Shown piece by piece: positions 60,540-64,000 of a stretch of DNA of 64,000 nt. The stretch spans positions 30,358 to 94,357 of the forward strand of contig JAUCDK010000001.1 of the NCBI GenBank assembly GCA_034675265.1, given 5' to 3'. Source of the DNA: Patescibacteria group bacterium. Its GTDB lineage: Bacteria; Patescibacteriota; Gracilibacteria; BD1-5; UBA6164. The notes below the pieces were generated by a model. That model saw only the letters and a list, made by a program, of their open reading frames with translations. It did not search any database and was not told where the DNA came from. A program made the position numbers and the translations under genes. Positions within the stretch are counted from its first letter, which is position 1, and each line of letters opens with the position of its first letter.

Positions 60540-63500
60540 ATGAATAGAAAAAATAAAATTATTCTTACTATTTTATCATTTTTTATGTTTTCTTTGATGG
60601 TTTTACCAAACCTACAAGCAGATGTAGAAGAAGAAACTATAAATTATGCTAATACTTTGGCACAAAAAGGAATTATTGTTGATAATTCAAAAACTCCAAA
60701 AATGTATAATCTTTGAGATACTATTTCCAGAAGAGAAATGCTCAAAATTATGATGAATATTTCTGGAAGTGAAATTTGAGAAAATTGTGAACAAAAATTT
60801 TCAGATTTGCCAGTTTCAGATTGGGGATGTAAATATGCCCAAAAAGCTTTAGAACTTTGATTTATTGCTGCAAATACTACTTTTAGACCAGATGCTCCAG
60901 TTTCAAAAGTAGAAAGTTTAAAAATGATTTTTCAAGCAAAAGGTATTGAAGCCACAAAAGATGCAGACTGGAGAGTATGATATACAAAAAAAGCTTTAGA
61001 GCTTTGATATACTTCTGCATTTAACGATTATGATACTCAAGCAAAAAGAAGTTTTGTGTTTGAAGTTGCAGCAAAAACATTTTCTTCAAATTGAGATATA
61101 AAAGAAGAAATGACCTCATATAATAAACCAAAACTTTTACTTTCATTTGATGCTCCAATGAATAAAGCATCGGTAGCACAAAACATATCTATTTATCCAG
61201 AAGTAACTTTTACTTCTGTTTGGAAAGATGATGAAAATTTAGAAATTATTATTGATGATTTAATAGCAAAAGAAACAAATTTCTTAGTAAATGTTTTTGA
61301 TAGTGCACTCACATCATCTTGAGCAAAACTTGAAAAAACATATTCAAAAGCATTTAAAGTAGATGGAGAAGCTCTTGTTGATTTTGTAACACCAACAGGA
61401 TTTATTTCAGATACATATCAAAATATTACTGTGAGATTTTCAAAGCCGATGGTTTCTCTTACTAATCTTGATAATGGAGCAAAATGTCCTATTGAAATTA
61501 CTCCAAATATTCCATGAAAATGCATTTGGATTACTACTTCAACTTTCCAATTTAGACCAGAATCTGGATTTCCTACATGAGGAAAATATACAGTAAAAAT
61601 TCCTGCTTGATTGCAAACGATTTCATGAGATACAACAAAAAATTCAAAAACTTTTGAAATTACTACTCCAAATTTTGAATTAACTTCAATCAATGATATT
61701 TCTTCAAGAGATACTTTACAAAAAGATGAAACACTTGATTTTATTTTTAATGATGAAGTTTCTTTAGAAAATTTTCAAAAGAATTTTTCTTTTAAAGATC
61801 TTACTAACTCTTCATTTAATTTTTCTTATTACAAATGAGAAAATGATTTACAAGAAAGTAAAAATATTGTTTCGGTATTTCCAAAATCTTGAGATTGGGG
61901 ATATTCTAAGAAATATAATTTTACACTCTCAAAAAATCTTACTTCAAGCAGAGGACAAATCGGACTTAAAAATGATTATCAATGATCATTTATGACGAAT
62001 GATTTTTTGATTTGGTATTATCCATTTATATTTATAAATCAAAATGCTGAGGAAAAATTTGATGATATGAATATAAGATATTCTCAAAATAGAGAAATTA
62101 TAACAAAAGAAAAACCAAGTATTATTTTTTATTTTGATAAAGAAGTAAGTTTAGATAAAAATTTATTTTCGACTCAAATTCCTTTTGAACTTAATTATAG
62201 AAGCGATCATGATAATAAACAAGGAACTTTTCAATTGAATAAAAAATCAGTAATTTTAACTTTTCTTGATGATGTTACTTCAGAAGTAAAAGTAAAAATC
62301 AATATATCAAAAATTTCTTCATCAAAAGACATAGTTCTTACATTTAAAACAAAATCAAATAATTCAATTCTTTCATACAAACAAATAAATTATAAAACAG
62401 CATGTTTACAAACGACATCACCAATTCAATCAAATATAAATAAATATTTTTCATTTGATAAATATGGAAAAGTAAATTCATTTTATGAAATAAATGAATG
62501 GAGCAATCAAAAAGATTGTTCATACGAAGTTGGAAAAAATAAGTATATTGTAAATACAAGTCTCAATCCAAACACAAATTATAAATTAACGATTCAATCA
62601 AGTCTTCCAGATGTAGATAATTATCCTTTAGATAAAAGTTATTCGTATTCGTTCACTACTCCAAAAGCAGAGAATGAAGATAAACAAGTTTCTATTATTG
62701 ATGCAAGAAATAATATATTAGTTCCAAATGATATTTTTCCACTTTCTGTTGGATTAAAAACTATAAATGTAAATCAAGCTCAAGTAAAAGTTTGTAAATG
62801 AGATTTTGATATTTTATCAGAAAATCATATAAAAAATTCTGAATGTAATACAGAAATTATTGAATTGAATAATTTAGGAATGAAGCCAAATATTACGGTA
62901 GTTGATATTGCAAAAATTCTTCAAAAACCTTTAGATAAAGCATATATTACTTTAGAAGTTGAAAAAATAAAAGCGGATAAAACAGAATATGAAATAAAAA
63001 ATCAATACTATACTTCAAAAGCAAGTTTTATCGTGAGTCATGTAGCAGCTACGATGAAATCTTCAAAAAATAATATAATGTGGTTGTATAATTATTCTTC
63101 TGGAGAAAATATCACAGATGAAGTAGAAAAAATTGAAAGTTATGCTGTAAAATATAATTATGGTCTTGTTTGAAATAGAAGCCAAGAAACAGTATTAGAA
63201 AAAGAAATTGATTTTACTCCAAAAAAAGATGGAATGTATGAACTCAAAGATTCTAATTTTCAAATACTTGTTATTACTTTAAAAAATGGGGAAACAGTAT
63301 TTTTAGATAATCTATACTCTTCATATTATCAAAGTGAGGAAATATATAATTATATAGTGACTGATAAACCGATTTATAAAGCTTGAGAAACGGTTGAAGT
63401 TTCAGGAATTTCAAGAATTTTAGAAGCAAAATGATATAAAATAAATACAAAAGAAATTCCTGTATATGTAAATGATTCACAATATAAAGAAATTTTACAA

Positions 63501-64000
63501 ACAACAGTGAAAACAAATGAATTAGGAGCATTTTCTTTCCAAGTTCCTCTTTCAAAAGATGCAAAACTTGGAAATTATTCACTTTCAGTTTGATGAAATA
63601 TTCTTTCTTTTGCAGTGGAAGAATATGAAAAACCAGATTTTGAAGTAAAAGCAAAATCTCAAAAAGATGTTGTTTTATTTGATGAAAAAGCGAAAATAGA
63701 TATAGAAGGGAATTATTATATTGGACTTCCAGTTTCAAATGGAGAAGGAACATATTCTCTTTCAAGTCAAGATTTTTATTTTGATTGATGAAAAACAAGC
63801 GGATATCATTTTGGGGAAGAAAGAAATTTTTGGTGAGATATTATGAGAAAATGATTTTATGATTATGCTTGACCAAATACAGAAAAATCATGAAATTTTA
63901 TACTTTCAAATAATGGAAAAATAACTCTTTCACTTGATTTAGAAAATAATTCAACAGATAAAATTTATACTATTTCTACTACAATTACAGATCCAAATAC
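60540..64000 (+). CDS. Bacterial alpha-2-macroglobulin-family large surface protein (3' end outside window)
   Basis: More than 1153 aa. Signal/TM IILTILSFFMFSLMVL, SLH-like repeats, Ig-like domains. MG-domain signatures VTDKPIYKAGETVEVSG and LGNYSLSVGGNILSFAVEEYEKPDFEV. Three track ORFs share the frame. Confidence 0.7.

Overview
This is an AT-rich bacterial chromosome segment, roughly 25-30% GC by eye. It only makes sense if TGA is read as glycine (translation table 25, Gracilibacteria/Absconditabacteria-SR1-type CPR lineage), so the supplied standard-code ORF track is badly fragmented. I re-translated both strands by hand and checked the frames codon by codon. The window is almost fully coding, with 58 CDS and no rRNA, tRNA or CRISPR seen. 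Contents: (1) the gyrA 3' end. (2) An anaerobic ribonucleotide reductase operon nrdD / glycyl-radical mini-ORF / nrdG / RIC hemerythrin / nrdR, with NrdR boxes and an apparently split nrdD. (3) pyk and a DEAD-box helicase. (4) A type I R-M operon (hsdM, hsdS, hsdR) with eight extra genes nested inside it: a NYN protein, a PIN-like protein, three small membrane proteins, one further unassigned protein with a central TM helix, and a HigB-like/HTH-Panacea toxin-antitoxin pair. (5) sufCBD, interrupted by opposite-strand, TGA-free, Shine-Dalgarno-bearing minigenes. (6) Housekeeping genes rsmH-ftsL, recR, alaS, leuS, ruvB, mnmA, ung and an ABC-F ATPase. (7) Two type IV pilin-like genes, one with 3 x 138-bp Cys-rich repeats and one with a LamG-like domain. 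(8) A VirB2-like pilin, a 3-gene operon of giant unknown proteins, and large secreted or surface proteins (transglutaminase-like, TIG-like repeat, alpha-2-macroglobulin-like). Two genes look damaged: an alpha/beta hydrolase has an in-frame TAA at the GxSxG glycine, and a yvcK-like gene is frameshifted. All family calls come from motif recognition only; no database search was run.
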